55,120 nucleotides of DNA, from contig DASVJU010000029.1 of assembly GCA_036385755.1 (NCBI GenBank), forward strand, positions 1 through 55,120. Direction: 5' to 3'. The notes below the pieces were generated by a model. The model had not been told where the DNA came from. It did not search any database and was given only the letters and a program-made list of their open reading frames with translations. The number at the start of each line of letters is the position of its first letter. Position 1 is the first letter of the stretch. Position numbers and translations under genes: made by a program. This DNA is from Thermoanaerobaculia bacterium. GTDB lineage: Bacteria; Acidobacteriota; Thermoanaerobaculia; UBA5066. This document shows, one piece after another, positions 39,396 to 48,464 of this stretch.

Positions 39396-41806
39396 TACAA
39401 GTCGGTGCGCCGAAGCCTCAGCGCATTGGTGATGACGGAGACCGAGCTCAGGCTCATCGCGGCGCTCGCGATGATCGGAGACAGGAGGAGGCCGAAGAAC
39501 GGGTAGAGGACGCCGGCCGCCAGCGGAACGCCGAGTGAATTGTAAAGAAACGCGAAAAAGAGGTTCTGCCGGATGTTCCGGATCGTCGCGCGGCTCAGCC
39601 GTCGCGCGCGCAGGAGGCCGGCGAGATCGCCTCCGACGAGCGTCACGCCCGCGCTCTGGATGGCGACGTCGGTCCCCGTCCCCATCGCGATGCCCACGTC
39701 GGCCGCGGCCAGCGCGGGCGCGTCATTGATGCCGTCTCCCGCCATCGCGACGATCCGGCCCTCGCTCTTCAGCCGCGCCACGACCTCGGCCTTGCCCGCC
39801 GGAAGCACACCCGCCTCGACGCTGTCGATGCCGAGCTCTTTGGCGACCGCCTCGGCCGTGGCCTTCGCGTCGCCCGTGAGCATCACGACACGAATCTCGA
39901 GGTCATGCATTGCGGCGATGGCGGCGCGCGTGGAAGGCCTGATCGGATCCGCGGCGCCGAGGAACCCTGCGGGCTTCCCGTCCACGGCAACGAAGAGGAT
40001 CGTCTGGCCCTTCGCGCGCGCAGCGTCGGCCTCTGCGATTAGCCCAGGAGAGAAGGGAGAAGAAAGAGAAGAAAGATTTGCTTCGAACAGGGAAAGAGAG
40101 CCAACCGCAACCTGATGCCCCTCGACGAGCGCCTGCGCGCCCCTGCCCGGAAACGCGCGAAACTCACTCGGAGGCGCCAGCTGCAGATGGCGCTCCATCG
40201 CCAACTTGACGACCGCCGCTGCGAGGGGGTGCTCACTCCCCCTTTCTAAGCAAGCTGCGAAGCGAACAAGCGCATCCTCCTGCAGGCCTGGCGCGGGTCT
40301 TACCAAAGAGATTTTCGGCTTCCCTTCCGTCAGCGTACCCGTCTTGTCCACGACGAGCGTATCCACCTTTTCGAGCCGCTCGAGCGCAGCCGCGTCCTTG
40401 AAAAGAACCCCCGCCGCCGCGCCGCGACCCATCGCGACCATGATGGACATCGGAGTCGCGAGGCCCAGCGCGCATGGGCACGCGATGATGAGAACGGCGA
40501 CGGCGTTCACGAGCGCGTGGACGAAACGCGGTTCGGGCCCGACGAGCGCCCAGATCGCGAAGGTGAGCGCCGCGACGAGAATCACGACGGGGACGAAGAC
40601 GGCGGCGACCCGGTCCGCGAGGCGCTGGATTGGCGCGCGGCTCCGCTGGGCGTCGGACACCATGCGGACGATCTGCGCGAGGACGGTGTCGCCGCCCACC
40701 TTCAGGGCCTCGATGACGAGAGCGCCGTTCCCGTTCACAGTCGCGCCCGTCACGGCATCGCCGGCCTTCTTGGCGACCGGAACCGGCTCGCCCGTAATCA
40801 TGGATTCGTCGACCGCGCTCGTCCCCTCGAGAACGCGCCCGTCGACGGGAACGCGCTCACCCGGGCGCACGCGCACGCGGTCCCCGATCTTAAGGCGCTC
40901 GATCGGAACGTCTTCGTCGGTTCCGTCCGCGTGTACGAGCCGCGCGGTCTTCGGAGCCAGGCCAAGGAGCGCCCGGATCGCACCGCCGGTGCGGTTCCGC
41001 GCGACGAGCTCGAGAACCTGACCCAGGAGCACGAGCGTCGTGATGACGGCCGCCGCCTCGAAGTAGACGTCGTGGACAGGGGAATGAGACGAAGAGGGAG
41101 AAGGAGAAGAAAGGAAAGATTTGCTTAGAAAGGGAATAAGGGACCCGATCGTTCTCCCTAGGCTGTAGAGGTATGCCGCGCCTGTCCCGAGCGCGATCAG
41201 CGTGAACATGTTCAGGTTGCGCGTCTTGACCGACGTCCATCCGCGCTGGAAGAACGGCCAACCGCACCACAGCACCACGGGCGTCGCGAGAAGCAATTGC
41301 GCGAGAAGGCCGAGACGCGGCGGGATCCCGTCGATGAGCCGGGGCGCGACCATCGCGCTCATTTCGAAGAAAAGCAGCGGTACGGTGAGAACGACGGCGA
41401 CTCGCAGCCGGCGCTTCATGTCGACGAGCTCGGGATTCGGCGCGTCGTCCAGTGACACGGTCTTCGGCTCGAGCGCCATCCCGCAGATCGGGCAAGCGCC
41501 CGGAGAGGGCCGGACGATCTCGGGGTCCATCGGGCACGTGTACTCGATGCCGGCGCCGGTGGGCGCCGTGAACGGCTTGGGGGGCGCCGACGCCATCGGC
41601 TCGAACACGCCGCCCGAGCTCGCGGCAAGATATTTCTCGGGTTCCCGCCGGAATTTCTCGAGGCAGCCAGCGCTGCAGAAGAAGTAGTCCTTTCCGTCGT
41701 GAGCGGCCGAGTGCTTCGTCTTGATCGGGTCGACGTTCATGCCGCAGACGAGGTCCTTCACGGTCCCGGGCGGTGACGAGGAAGGGAGCGTTGGAAGGGT
41801 CAACAT
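39395..41806 (-). CDS. copA: Copper(I)/silver-translocating P1B-type ATPase
   Basis: 803 aa. N-terminal YHS/TRASH-like VCGMNVDP...YFFCSAGC, plus a second metal-binding module [28 protein letters not shown] motif CPC ([13 protein letters not shown]), phosphorylation site DKTGTLT, and hinge [11 protein letters not shown]. Confidence 0.93.
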   Translation of the reverse strand: MLTLPTLPSSSPPGTVKDLVCGMNVDPIKTKHSAAHDGKDYFFCSAGCLEKFRREPEKYLAASSGGVFEPMASAPPKPFTAPTGAGIEYTCPMDPEIVRPSPGACPICGMALEPKTVSLDDAPNPELVDMKRRLRVAVVLTVPLLFFEMSAMVAPRLIDGIPPRLGLLAQLLLATPVVLWCGWPFFQRGWTSVKTRNLNMFTLIALGTGAAYLYSLGRTIGSLIPFLSKSFLSSPSPSSSHSPVHDVYFEAAAVITTLVLLGQVLELVARNRTGGAIRALLGLAPKTARLVHADGTDEDVPIERLKIGDRVRVRPGERVPVDGRVLEGTSAVDESMITGEPVPVAKKAGDAVTGATVNGNGALVIEALKVGGDTVLAQIVRMVSDAQRSRAPIQRLADRVAAVFVPVVILVAALTFAIWALVGPEPRFVHALVNAVAVLIIACPCALGLATPMSIMVAMGRGAAAGVLFKDAAALERLEKVDTLVVDKTGTLTEGKPKISLVRPAPGLQEDALVRFAACLERGSEHPLAAAVVKLAMERHLQLAPPSEFRAFPGRGAQALVEGHQVAVGSLSLFEANLSSLSSPFSPGLIAEADAARAKGQTILFVAVDGKPAGFLGAADPIRPSTRAAIAAMHDLEIRVVMLTGDAKATAEAVAKELGIDSVEAGVLPAGKAEVVARLKSEGRIVAMAGDGINDAPALAAADVGIAMGTGTDVAIQSAGVTLVGGDLAGLLRARRLSRATIRNIRQNLFFAFLYNSLGVPLAAGVLYPFFGLLLSPIIASAAMSLSSVSVITNALRLRRTDL
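40046..40102 (+). repeat. Purine-rich low-GC module, copy 1 (inside copA, antisense to the gene)
   Basis: CAGGAGAGAAGGGAGAAGAAAGAGAAGAAAGATTTGCTTCGAACAGGGAAAGAGAGCC. Translated on the copA strand as [20 protein letters not shown]. Confidence 0.7.
41078..41146 (+). repeat. Purine-rich low-GC module, copy 2 (inside copA, antisense to the gene)
   Basis: AGGGGAATGAGACGAAGAGGGAGAAGGAGAAGAAAGGAAAGATTTGCTTAGAAAGGGAATAAGGGACCC. Translated on the copA strand as [23 protein letters not shown]. It shares the AAGATTTGCTT core with copy 1, read in a different frame. Confidence 0.7.
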
Positions 41807-41827
41807 TTCTTCACTGTCCTTTCGGGT

Positions 41828-44800
41828 TCAAGCGGTGGCTTCGGCGGCGGCGAGAGGCGGTGTCTGCCCTCCCGGCAGCTCGCGCTCCTTCCAGAGGATG
41901 TAGACGGCCGGGTAGACCAGAAGCTCGAGCGCGAACGAGGTCACGAGGCCGCCGACCATCGGCGCGGCGATGCGCTTCATGAGGTCGGCGCCGGCGCCGG
42001 TCGCCCACATGATCGGAAGGAGACCGAAGAACGCCGCGCAGACGGTCATCGCCTTCGGTCGCACGCGCTTGACCGCTCCGTGGATGATCGACTCGACGAG
42101 GTCGGCGCGATTCCGAAGCAGCCCCTTCGCCTTCGCCTCCGCGTGCGCGAGATCGAGAAACAGGAGCATGAAGATGCCGGTCTCGGCGTCGAGCCCCATG
42201 AGCGCGATCATCCCGACCCAGACGGCGATGGACAGGTTGTAGCCGAGAAGGTACAGGAACCACACGGCGCCGATGATCGAGAACGGCACGGCGAGGAGGA
42301 CGATCATCGTCTTCATCGCCGACTTCGTGTTCGCGTACATGAGAAGCCAGATGAGGACGAGCGTGACCGGGATGACGACCTTGAGGCGCTCCTTGACGCG
42401 GATCATGTTCTCGTACTGCCCGCTCCACTGAAGCGTGTACCCCGGCGGCAGCTTGACGCTCGCGGCGACGGCCGTCTTCGCCTTCTCGACGTAGCCGCCC
42501 ACGTCTTCCTTCGAAGTGTCGAAGTCCACGTACACGTAGCCCGACAGGAGGCCGTTTTCGTTCCGGATCATGGCCGGGCCGCGCACCTGGTGAATCGTGG
42601 CAAGCTGTCCGAGGGGAACCTGCGCGCCGGCCGCGGTCGGGACGAGAACGCGGGCGAGCCGGTCGAGATCCTCGCGCAGCTCACGCGAGTAACGCACGTT
42701 GACCGAGTAGCGCTCCCGGCCCTTGATGATCGTCGTGACCGTCTCGCCCCCGATCGCCGTCATGATGACGGCGTTCGCGTCGTCCACGGTGAGACCGTAG
42801 CGGGCGAGCGCGTCGCGGTTCAGGTCGAAGTCGATGAAATAGCCGCCGGCCACCCGCTCGGCGAAGGCGGAACGAGTTCCCGGGACGTCTTTCACGGCCG
42901 CCTCGACCTCCCCGCCGACCCGCTCGATCTCCTTCAGGTCCGCGCCGAAGACCTTGATTCCGATGGGCGTCCGGATTCCCGTCGACAGCATGTCGATTCG
43001 CGCCTTGATGGGCATCGTCCACGCGTTCGTCGTCCCGGGGATCTTCAGCGCCCGGTCCATCTCGTCCACGAGCTCGTCGTGGGAGATGTGGTCGCCCCAG
43101 ACGTGCCGGAAGACTCCGGCCAGCCATTCGGGCGACCAGGAGGAATACCAACGCGCCTTCTTCCGCCACTCGGTCTCGGGCTTGAGGATGACCGTCGTCT
43201 CCATCATCGAGAACGGCGCCGGGTCCGTGGACGTCTCCGCGCGGCCGGCCTTGCCGAAGACGCGCTCGACCTCCGGAAACCCCTTCAGGACGCGGTCCTG
43301 CACCTGCAGCAGCCGTTCCGCTTCTGTCACGGAAATTCCCGGCAGGGTCGTCGGCATGTAGAGGATCGAGCCCTCGTAGAGAGGCGGCATGAACTCGGAC
43401 CCGAGCTTCAGAAAGACCGGGACCGTCGCGAGCATCGCGAGGAGGGCGATCGCGATCGTCTTCTTCGGATGCCGGAGCACGGCCCGGCACGGCCGCTCGT
43501 AGAGCCGGTGGATGACGACGCTGATCGGATGTTTCTCTTCGGCGTAGTACTTCCCCCCGGTCACCTGATTGACCACCCAGGCCAGCCACTTCGGGCGGAA
43601 CGAGAAGCCGTCCATCCGCGCGAACAGCATCCGGATCGCCGGATCGAGCGTGATGGCGAGGAACGCCGCAATAGCCATCGCGAGGTTCTTCGAGAACGCG
43701 AGCGGCTTGAAGAGGCGCCCCTCCTGGTCCACGAGCGTGAAGACCGGGAGGAACGCGACGGCGATGACGAGGAGCGAGAAGAACACGGACGGGCCGACTT
43801 CCATGAGCGCCTCGAGCCGGACCTTGTGGAAGTCCCCGGGCCGGCCGCCGTCGTTCCATTGCTGCAGCTTGTGGTACGCGTTCTCGACCTCCACGATCGC
43901 GCCATCCACGAGGATGCCGATCGAGATCGCGATGCCGCCGAGCGACATGATGTTGATGTTCAGGCCCATCGCGTTGAACGGGATGAACGCGAGGACGACG
44001 GAGATCGGGATCGTGACGATCGGCACGATCGCGCTCGGCACGTGCCAGAGGAAGACAAGGATGACGATCGAGACGACGATGATCTCTTCGATGAGCTTCG
44101 ACCGGAGCGTGTCGACGGAGCGCTTGATGAGATCCGACCGGTCGTACGTCGTGACGATCTTCACGCCCGGCGGAAGCGACGGCTCGATCTCCTTCAGCCG
44201 GGTCTTCACGCGCTCGATGACGTCGAGCGCGTTCTCGCCGCTGCGCATCACGACGATGCCGCCCACGGCGTCTCCCTTGCCGTCGAGATCGGAGATGCCA
44301 CGTCGAATCTCGGGCCCCAGAGAGACGCGTCCGATGTCGGCCACGGTCAGCGGCGTCCCCTTCTCGTTCGTCTTGACGACGATCTTGCCGATGTCCTCGA
44401 TCGACTTGAGGTAGCCGCGGCCCCGGACCATGTATTCGCGCCCGGAGAACTCGATGAGGCGCCCGCCAACCTCGTTGTTGCTCTTGCGGATCGCTTCCAC
44501 GACGGACTCGAGCGGCAGGCCATACGCGGCGAGCGTATTGGGGTCCAGCGTGACCTGATACTGCTTCTGGAAGCCGCCGATGCTCGCGACCTCCGCGACG
44601 CCCGGCACGGACTGCACGGTGTACCTCAGGAACCAGTCCTGATACGAGCGGATCTCGTCGGTGGAGTTCTTTCCGCTCTCGTCGACGAGCGCGTACTGGT
44701 AGATCCAGCCCACGCTCGTCGCGTCCGGCCCGAGCTCGGTCGTCACCCCGGCGGGCAGGCGCGACTGGATCTTCGACAGGTATTCGAGAACGCGCGATCG

Positions 44801-45115
44801 CGCCCAGTAGATGTCGGTCCCGTCCTCGAAGATGACGTAGACGTAGGAGAAACCGAAGTCCGAGAATCCCCGGATCGTCTTCACCTTCGGCGCGCCGAGA
44901 AGCGCCGCCACGATCGGGTACGTGACCTGATCCTCGAGGATGTCCGGGCTGCGGTCCCAGCGCGAAAAGACGATGACCTGCGTGTCCGAGAGGTCGGGGA
45001 TCGCGTCGAGCGGCGTCCGACGAATGACGCCGACCGCGAGGACGATCACGATCGCATAGATCGCGATGACGAGATACTTGTTCTCGGCGGAGAACCGGAT
45101 GATCCGGCGGATCAT
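41828..45115 (-). CDS. cusA: Heavy-metal efflux RND pump, CusA/CzcA family
   Basis: 1095 aa. The N-terminus MIRRIIRFSAENKYLVIAIYAIVIVLAVGVIRRTPLDAIPDLSDTQVIVF is typical of HME-RND pumps. 12-TM architecture. The Cu/Ag assignment rests on context (CopA and a CusB-like adaptor). Confidence 0.9.
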   Translation of the reverse strand: MIRRIIRFSAENKYLVIAIYAIVIVLAVGVIRRTPLDAIPDLSDTQVIVFSRWDRSPDILEDQVTYPIVAALLGAPKVKTIRGFSDFGFSYVYVIFEDGTDIYWARSRVLEYLSKIQSRLPAGVTTELGPDATSVGWIYQYALVDESGKNSTDEIRSYQDWFLRYTVQSVPGVAEVASIGGFQKQYQVTLDPNTLAAYGLPLESVVEAIRKSNNEVGGRLIEFSGREYMVRGRGYLKSIEDIGKIVVKTNEKGTPLTVADIGRVSLGPEIRRGISDLDGKGDAVGGIVVMRSGENALDVIERVKTRLKEIEPSLPPGVKIVTTYDRSDLIKRSVDTLRSKLIEEIIVVSIVILVFLWHVPSAIVPIVTIPISVVLAFIPFNAMGLNINIMSLGGIAISIGILVDGAIVEVENAYHKLQQWNDGGRPGDFHKVRLEALMEVGPSVFFSLLVIAVAFLPVFTLVDQEGRLFKPLAFSKNLAMAIAAFLAITLDPAIRMLFARMDGFSFRPKWLAWVVNQVTGGKYYAEEKHPISVVIHRLYERPCRAVLRHPKKTIAIALLAMLATVPVFLKLGSEFMPPLYEGSILYMPTTLPGISVTEAERLLQVQDRVLKGFPEVERVFGKAGRAETSTDPAPFSMMETTVILKPETEWRKKARWYSSWSPEWLAGVFRHVWGDHISHDELVDEMDRALKIPGTTNAWTMPIKARIDMLSTGIRTPIGIKVFGADLKEIERVGGEVEAAVKDVPGTRSAFAERVAGGYFIDFDLNRDALARYGLTVDDANAVIMTAIGGETVTTIIKGRERYSVNVRYSRELREDLDRLARVLVPTAAGAQVPLGQLATIHQVRGPAMIRNENGLLSGYVYVDFDTSKEDVGGYVEKAKTAVAASVKLPPGYTLQWSGQYENMIRVKERLKVVIPVTLVLIWLLMYANTKSAMKTMIVLLAVPFSIIGAVWFLYLLGYNLSIAVWVGMIALMGLDAETGIFMLLFLDLAHAEAKAKGLLRNRADLVESIIHGAVKRVRPKAMTVCAAFFGLLPIMWATGAGADLMKRIAAPMVGGLVTSFALELLVYPAVYILWKERELPGGQTPPLAAAEATA

Positions 45116-46536
45116 TTCGAGGCCCCCATCGCCGAGATGGCTGCCTTGAGGCGCGACTCCGAGTCGACGAGGAAGTTGGCCCCCCGGACGACGACCTCGC
45201 CCTCCTTCAAGCCGGACCGGATTTCGACGACGCCTTCACCGTGGTCGCCCACGACGACTTCGCGCGGCACGAGTCTTCCTTCCGCCTCGGACACGAAGAC
45301 GATGTTCCGCGCGCCACTCTCGAGGATGGTGTCGTCGGGCACCTGAAGCACGCTCCGGGTCGGCCCGTGAATCGTCACGTCCGCGAACATCTCGGGCTTC
45401 AGCTCGCCCTTCGGGTTGTCGACCTCCGCCCGGACCTTCACCGTACGGGTCTTTTCGTCCACGGTCGGATAGATGTACGTGACCGTCCCGTTCCAGGAGC
45501 GCCCCGGCCAGTACGAGAGCGTCATCGTGGCCTTCTCGCCGAGCGTGAGCCTGGGGAGCTCGTACTCGTAGACGTCCGCGAGGACCCACACGGACGAGAG
45601 ATCGAGGATGTCGAAGAGCGTGTCGGCCGGCATCACCTTCATGCCGTGGTAAGCCGTGCGCCCCGTGACGAAACCGGAAATCGGCGCATAGACGGGCATC
45701 GCGCGGATCGGTTCCCCGTTCTTTTCGATCCGCTCGATGTCCGCGGGCGTGATTTCCCACAGGAGCAGGCGCTCGCGCGCGGCAGACAACAGATCCCGGC
45801 CGCCTTGCGCGACTGAAGGGACCCCCGACGCTCCGAGCGAGTGTGACGCCCGGAGCGCGAGGAGGTACTCCTGCTGGGTCGCATAGAGCTCGGGGCTGTA
45901 GATGAACGCGAGCGCCTCGCCCTTTTTGACGAACTTGCCGGTGAAGTCGGCGGTCACGTGCTCGACGAAGCCCTCATACCGCGTGTGGACGTGATGGACG
46001 CGCCGCTCGTCGGAGGCGACGCGTCCCGTCGTCCTGATCGAGGTCCCGAACGGCCCCCGGACGACCGCCACGGTCTTGAGTCCAAGGAGACTCTCCTTGC
46101 GGGCGTCGACCGTCACGGTCGTGAGGCCCTCGGGTCCCGGCGGTCCCCCCCCGGCCTCTGTCTCGTCGGAGTAGACGGGCACGAAGTCCATCCCCATCGA
46201 ATCCTTCCTGGGCGTGGGCGACGTCTCGCCCGTGCCCATGGGTGATCGATAGAAGAGGATCTTCCTCGGGCCGCTCGCCGCCTTCGCGGACGTCGTCCTT
46301 GCCGTGGCCGCGGGAGACGCCTCCTCCATCGGCACGAGCTTCATGCCGCAGATCGGACAATTCCCGGGAGCGTCCCTGATGATTTCCGGATGCATGGGGC
46401 ACTGGTATTTCTTCGCCGCGGCGGGCGTCGCGCCCTTCCTTCCGCAGCCCGCGCTGAAGACGAGCGAGACGGGGGCGGCGGCGGCGAGAGCGACTGCGAG
46501 AACGAGCCGAAGGGCGCGGCGTGACGTGGCTTTCAT
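45112..46536 (-). CDS. cusB: RND efflux periplasmic adaptor (CusB-like) with an N-terminal CPxCG metal-binding module
   Basis: 474 aa with a lipoprotein-like signal (LVFSAGC). The YQCPMHPEIIRDAPGNCPICGMKLVP module matches the one in CopA. Membrane-fusion-protein barrel motifs follow. The stop overlaps the cusA start. Confidence 0.88.
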   Translation of the reverse strand: MKATSRRALRLVLAVALAAAAPVSLVFSAGCGRKGATPAAAKKYQCPMHPEIIRDAPGNCPICGMKLVPMEEASPAATARTTSAKAASGPRKILFYRSPMGTGETSPTPRKDSMGMDFVPVYSDETEAGGGPPGPEGLTTVTVDARKESLLGLKTVAVVRGPFGTSIRTTGRVASDERRVHHVHTRYEGFVEHVTADFTGKFVKKGEALAFIYSPELYATQQEYLLALRASHSLGASGVPSVAQGGRDLLSAARERLLLWEITPADIERIEKNGEPIRAMPVYAPISGFVTGRTAYHGMKVMPADTLFDILDLSSVWVLADVYEYELPRLTLGEKATMTLSYWPGRSWNGTVTYIYPTVDEKTRTVKVRAEVDNPKGELKPEMFADVTIHGPTRSVLQVPDDTILESGARNIVFVSEAEGRLVPREVVVGDHGEGVVEIRSGLKEGEVVVRGANFLVDSESRLKAAISAMGASK

Positions 46537-46547
46537 GTGGCGACTTC

Positions 46548-47936
46548 CTACATCCTCGGCGTGGCGCCGGCGGAGAGAGCGGATGATTTCGGCGGAGCGG
46601 CGGACGACGGGCCCCCGTCGAGAGAGAACTCGCGAAGGTCGGCCTCGGCGCGCAGGAGGTCGGCGAGCCGCGCGACGGCGCCGCGGCGATCCGTGAATCT
46701 CGTGCTCAGGGCCTCGAGAACGGTGACGAAGGGGACCGATCCGGTCCTGTAGCTCGTGAGCGCGGCGTCCACCGCGAGGCGGTCCTGGACGAGGAGGGCC
46801 TCGGTGTCGAGCCGGGATTCATCTCCGAGCTGCCGGATCCTGATCAGCCTCTCTTCCGTGCGGGCCAGGGCCTGGCGCCGCAGCGAGGCCTCGTTCGCCG
46901 AAGCCGCCTCGAAGAGGCTTCGCGCCTCGACGATCAAGGGGCGCTGCTTCCTGCCGGCCCAGAGAGGAACGGAAACGCCGACGCCGGCGGACCACATGAG
47001 GGGCAGAGAGCCGCGGTTCATGTAGGCCGCGGACGCCACGAAGTCGGGGCGCAGGTTGCGGTGGGCCAGCTCCCCGGCGAGGCGCGAGCGCTCCATCGCG
47101 AGGGCGGCGTCCCTCAGCTCGGGCGTCTTTTCCAGGGTCATCTTCTGGAAGTCCTCGGCCGATGGCGCGGCGTGGGGTTCGTCGGGGACGAGCCGCCGTT
47201 CCGTCGGAACGGGCGTGTCCATCGGGCGATCGAGGAACCGGCGAAGCTCGACGAGGGCGCCCTCTTCGGCGGCCTCGTCTTTTCGCCGCCGCTGGAGGAG
47301 GCGCGTGTGCTCGCTCTGGGCGCGAAGAACGTCCTGCTGCGTCCCCATCCCGGCCGAGTACCGGGCGCGGATGACCTCCTCGATCTCCCGCCAGGTCTCG
47401 ATCTGTTCGTCCACGAGACGAAGGTCTTCCCGCGCCTCGAGAAGCGTCGCGTAGCCGCGTCTCACGGCCGCTTCGAGAGTGAGCGCCACGCGCTCGGGCC
47501 GCGTGGCGGCCCGCTCGGCGTCCGCCTTCGCGACGCGCTCCTGAAGGCCGAGCTTCCCCGGAAACGGGATCGCCTGCTGCGCCATGAACTGCAGGCGCGT
47601 CATGGCCTCGACGCCGAGGGAGGGCGACACGCCGTCGTTCTCGTAGTTCACGGTCACCATCGGGTCGGGCAGGGCTCCCGCCGGAGAGACGCGCGCGCGG
47701 GCGGCCGCGGCTTCCTGTCTCGCCGCGACGAGATCCGGGTTCTTTGCGAGCGCCTCGGCGACGAGTGCGTCGGCCTCCGACGAAGCGGCGGCCGCAGCCG
47801 GCTCCGCCGCGAACGCGATACCCGCGAAGGAAATCGACGCGCTTGCCAAAGCGAGACACCACGGCAGAAGCACACGGCCCGCGGCTACTCGGGACCCTCT
47901 AAGAAAACTCTCTTCTTTCTCTTCTCTTCCGACCAT
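46548..47936 (-). CDS. cusC: TolC-family outer-membrane efflux channel (CusC-like)
   Basis: 462 aa with tandem OEP repeats (LVAEALAKNPDL..., ...RYSAGMGTQQDVLRAQ..., ...YRTGSVPFVTVLEA...). ATG 47936 has GAGGAG 7 nt upstream. The first 15 codons (MVGREEKEESFLRGS) come from the purine-rich module. GTG 47873 is the alternative start. Confidence 0.85.
   Translation of the reverse strand: MVGREEKEESFLRGSRVAAGRVLLPWCLALASASISFAGIAFAAEPAAAAASSEADALVAEALAKNPDLVAARQEAAAARARVSPAGALPDPMVTVNYENDGVSPSLGVEAMTRLQFMAQQAIPFPGKLGLQERVAKADAERAATRPERVALTLEAAVRRGYATLLEAREDLRLVDEQIETWREIEEVIRARYSAGMGTQQDVLRAQSEHTRLLQRRRKDEAAEEGALVELRRFLDRPMDTPVPTERRLVPDEPHAAPSAEDFQKMTLEKTPELRDAALAMERSRLAGELAHRNLRPDFVASAAYMNRGSLPLMWSAGVGVSVPLWAGRKQRPLIVEARSLFEAASANEASLRRQALARTEERLIRIRQLGDESRLDTEALLVQDRLAVDAALTSYRTGSVPFVTVLEALSTRFTDRRGAVARLADLLRAEADLREFSLDGGPSSAAPPKSSALSAGATPRM
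47891..47934 (-). repeat. Purine-rich low-GC module, copy 3 (sense orientation, forms the 5' end of cusC)
   Basis: The minus strand reads TCGGAAGAGAAGAGAAAGAAGAGAGTTTTCTTAGAGGGTCCC. It has the same GA-tract / T-rich / AGA-GGG-CCC architecture as the copA copies. Confidence 0.55.
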
Positions 47937-48009
47937 CTGATTCTCCTCGCGCGAAAAGCCTCACGGAGCCGCCCGAAGCGGGCGGCGCGAGAACGGCTCG
48001 ACGCAGGAA

Positions 48010-48417
48010 TCAGACGAGGAAGACGGAGTAGAGGAGGAAAAGCGGCGCGGGCCGGGCGCGCGGCTGGACGCGGCGCACGTGTCCTTCCCGGGAGCCCGCG
48101 CAGGCGGGAAGCGGCAATTCGAGAAAGCTCGCTTCGGGGGCGGCGAGCGCGGGGGCGGCGGGCGACATCAGCGAAGGCGCCGCCTCTTCCGGGGCGGACA
48201 AACGGCAGCATCCAGCGGACGAGTCCGCGGGGGAACCCGGGGGAGCGTTTTCGCCCATCGCGCAGCATGCGGGGGCGTCGTCGGACATCCCCGCCGCCGC
48301 GCAGCAGGGCGGACGCGGCGCGGTCCTGGGAGCAGCAAGCGCCACCGCCGACAGGAGCACCGCCGCGAGCGCCGCGGACGCCCCTCGAAACGCCAATGCC
48401 GCAGAAGACCGACTCAT
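48010..48417 (-). CDS. Secreted protein with three Cys-Cys pairs, heading the cus operon, function unknown
   Basis: 135 aa from ATG 48417. Signal peptide MSRSSAALAFRGASAALAAVLLSAVALAA. Motifs PPCCAAAGM, PACCAMGE and AGCCRLS. Hydrophobic C-terminus LFLLYSVFLV. Confidence 0.6.
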   Translation of the reverse strand: MSRSSAALAFRGASAALAAVLLSAVALAAPRTAPRPPCCAAAGMSDDAPACCAMGENAPPGSPADSSAGCCRLSAPEEAAPSLMSPAAPALAAPEASFLELPLPACAGSREGHVRRVQPRARPAPLFLLYSVFLV

Positions 48418-48464
48418 CACGCCTCAGGATAACGCAGTCCCATCCCCGTTCATTCCTGACGCAG

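Noticed and set aside
42080-45346. 1088-aa plus-strand ORF, and similar large ORFs 26972..28849, 28813..30309, 47061..48460 and 51006..52676
   Set aside because: All are antisense to or out of frame with genes that carry strong family motifs (cusA, coxA, cytochrome c, cusC, sigma factor). All have Arg/Asp/Glu/His-rich low-complexity translations.
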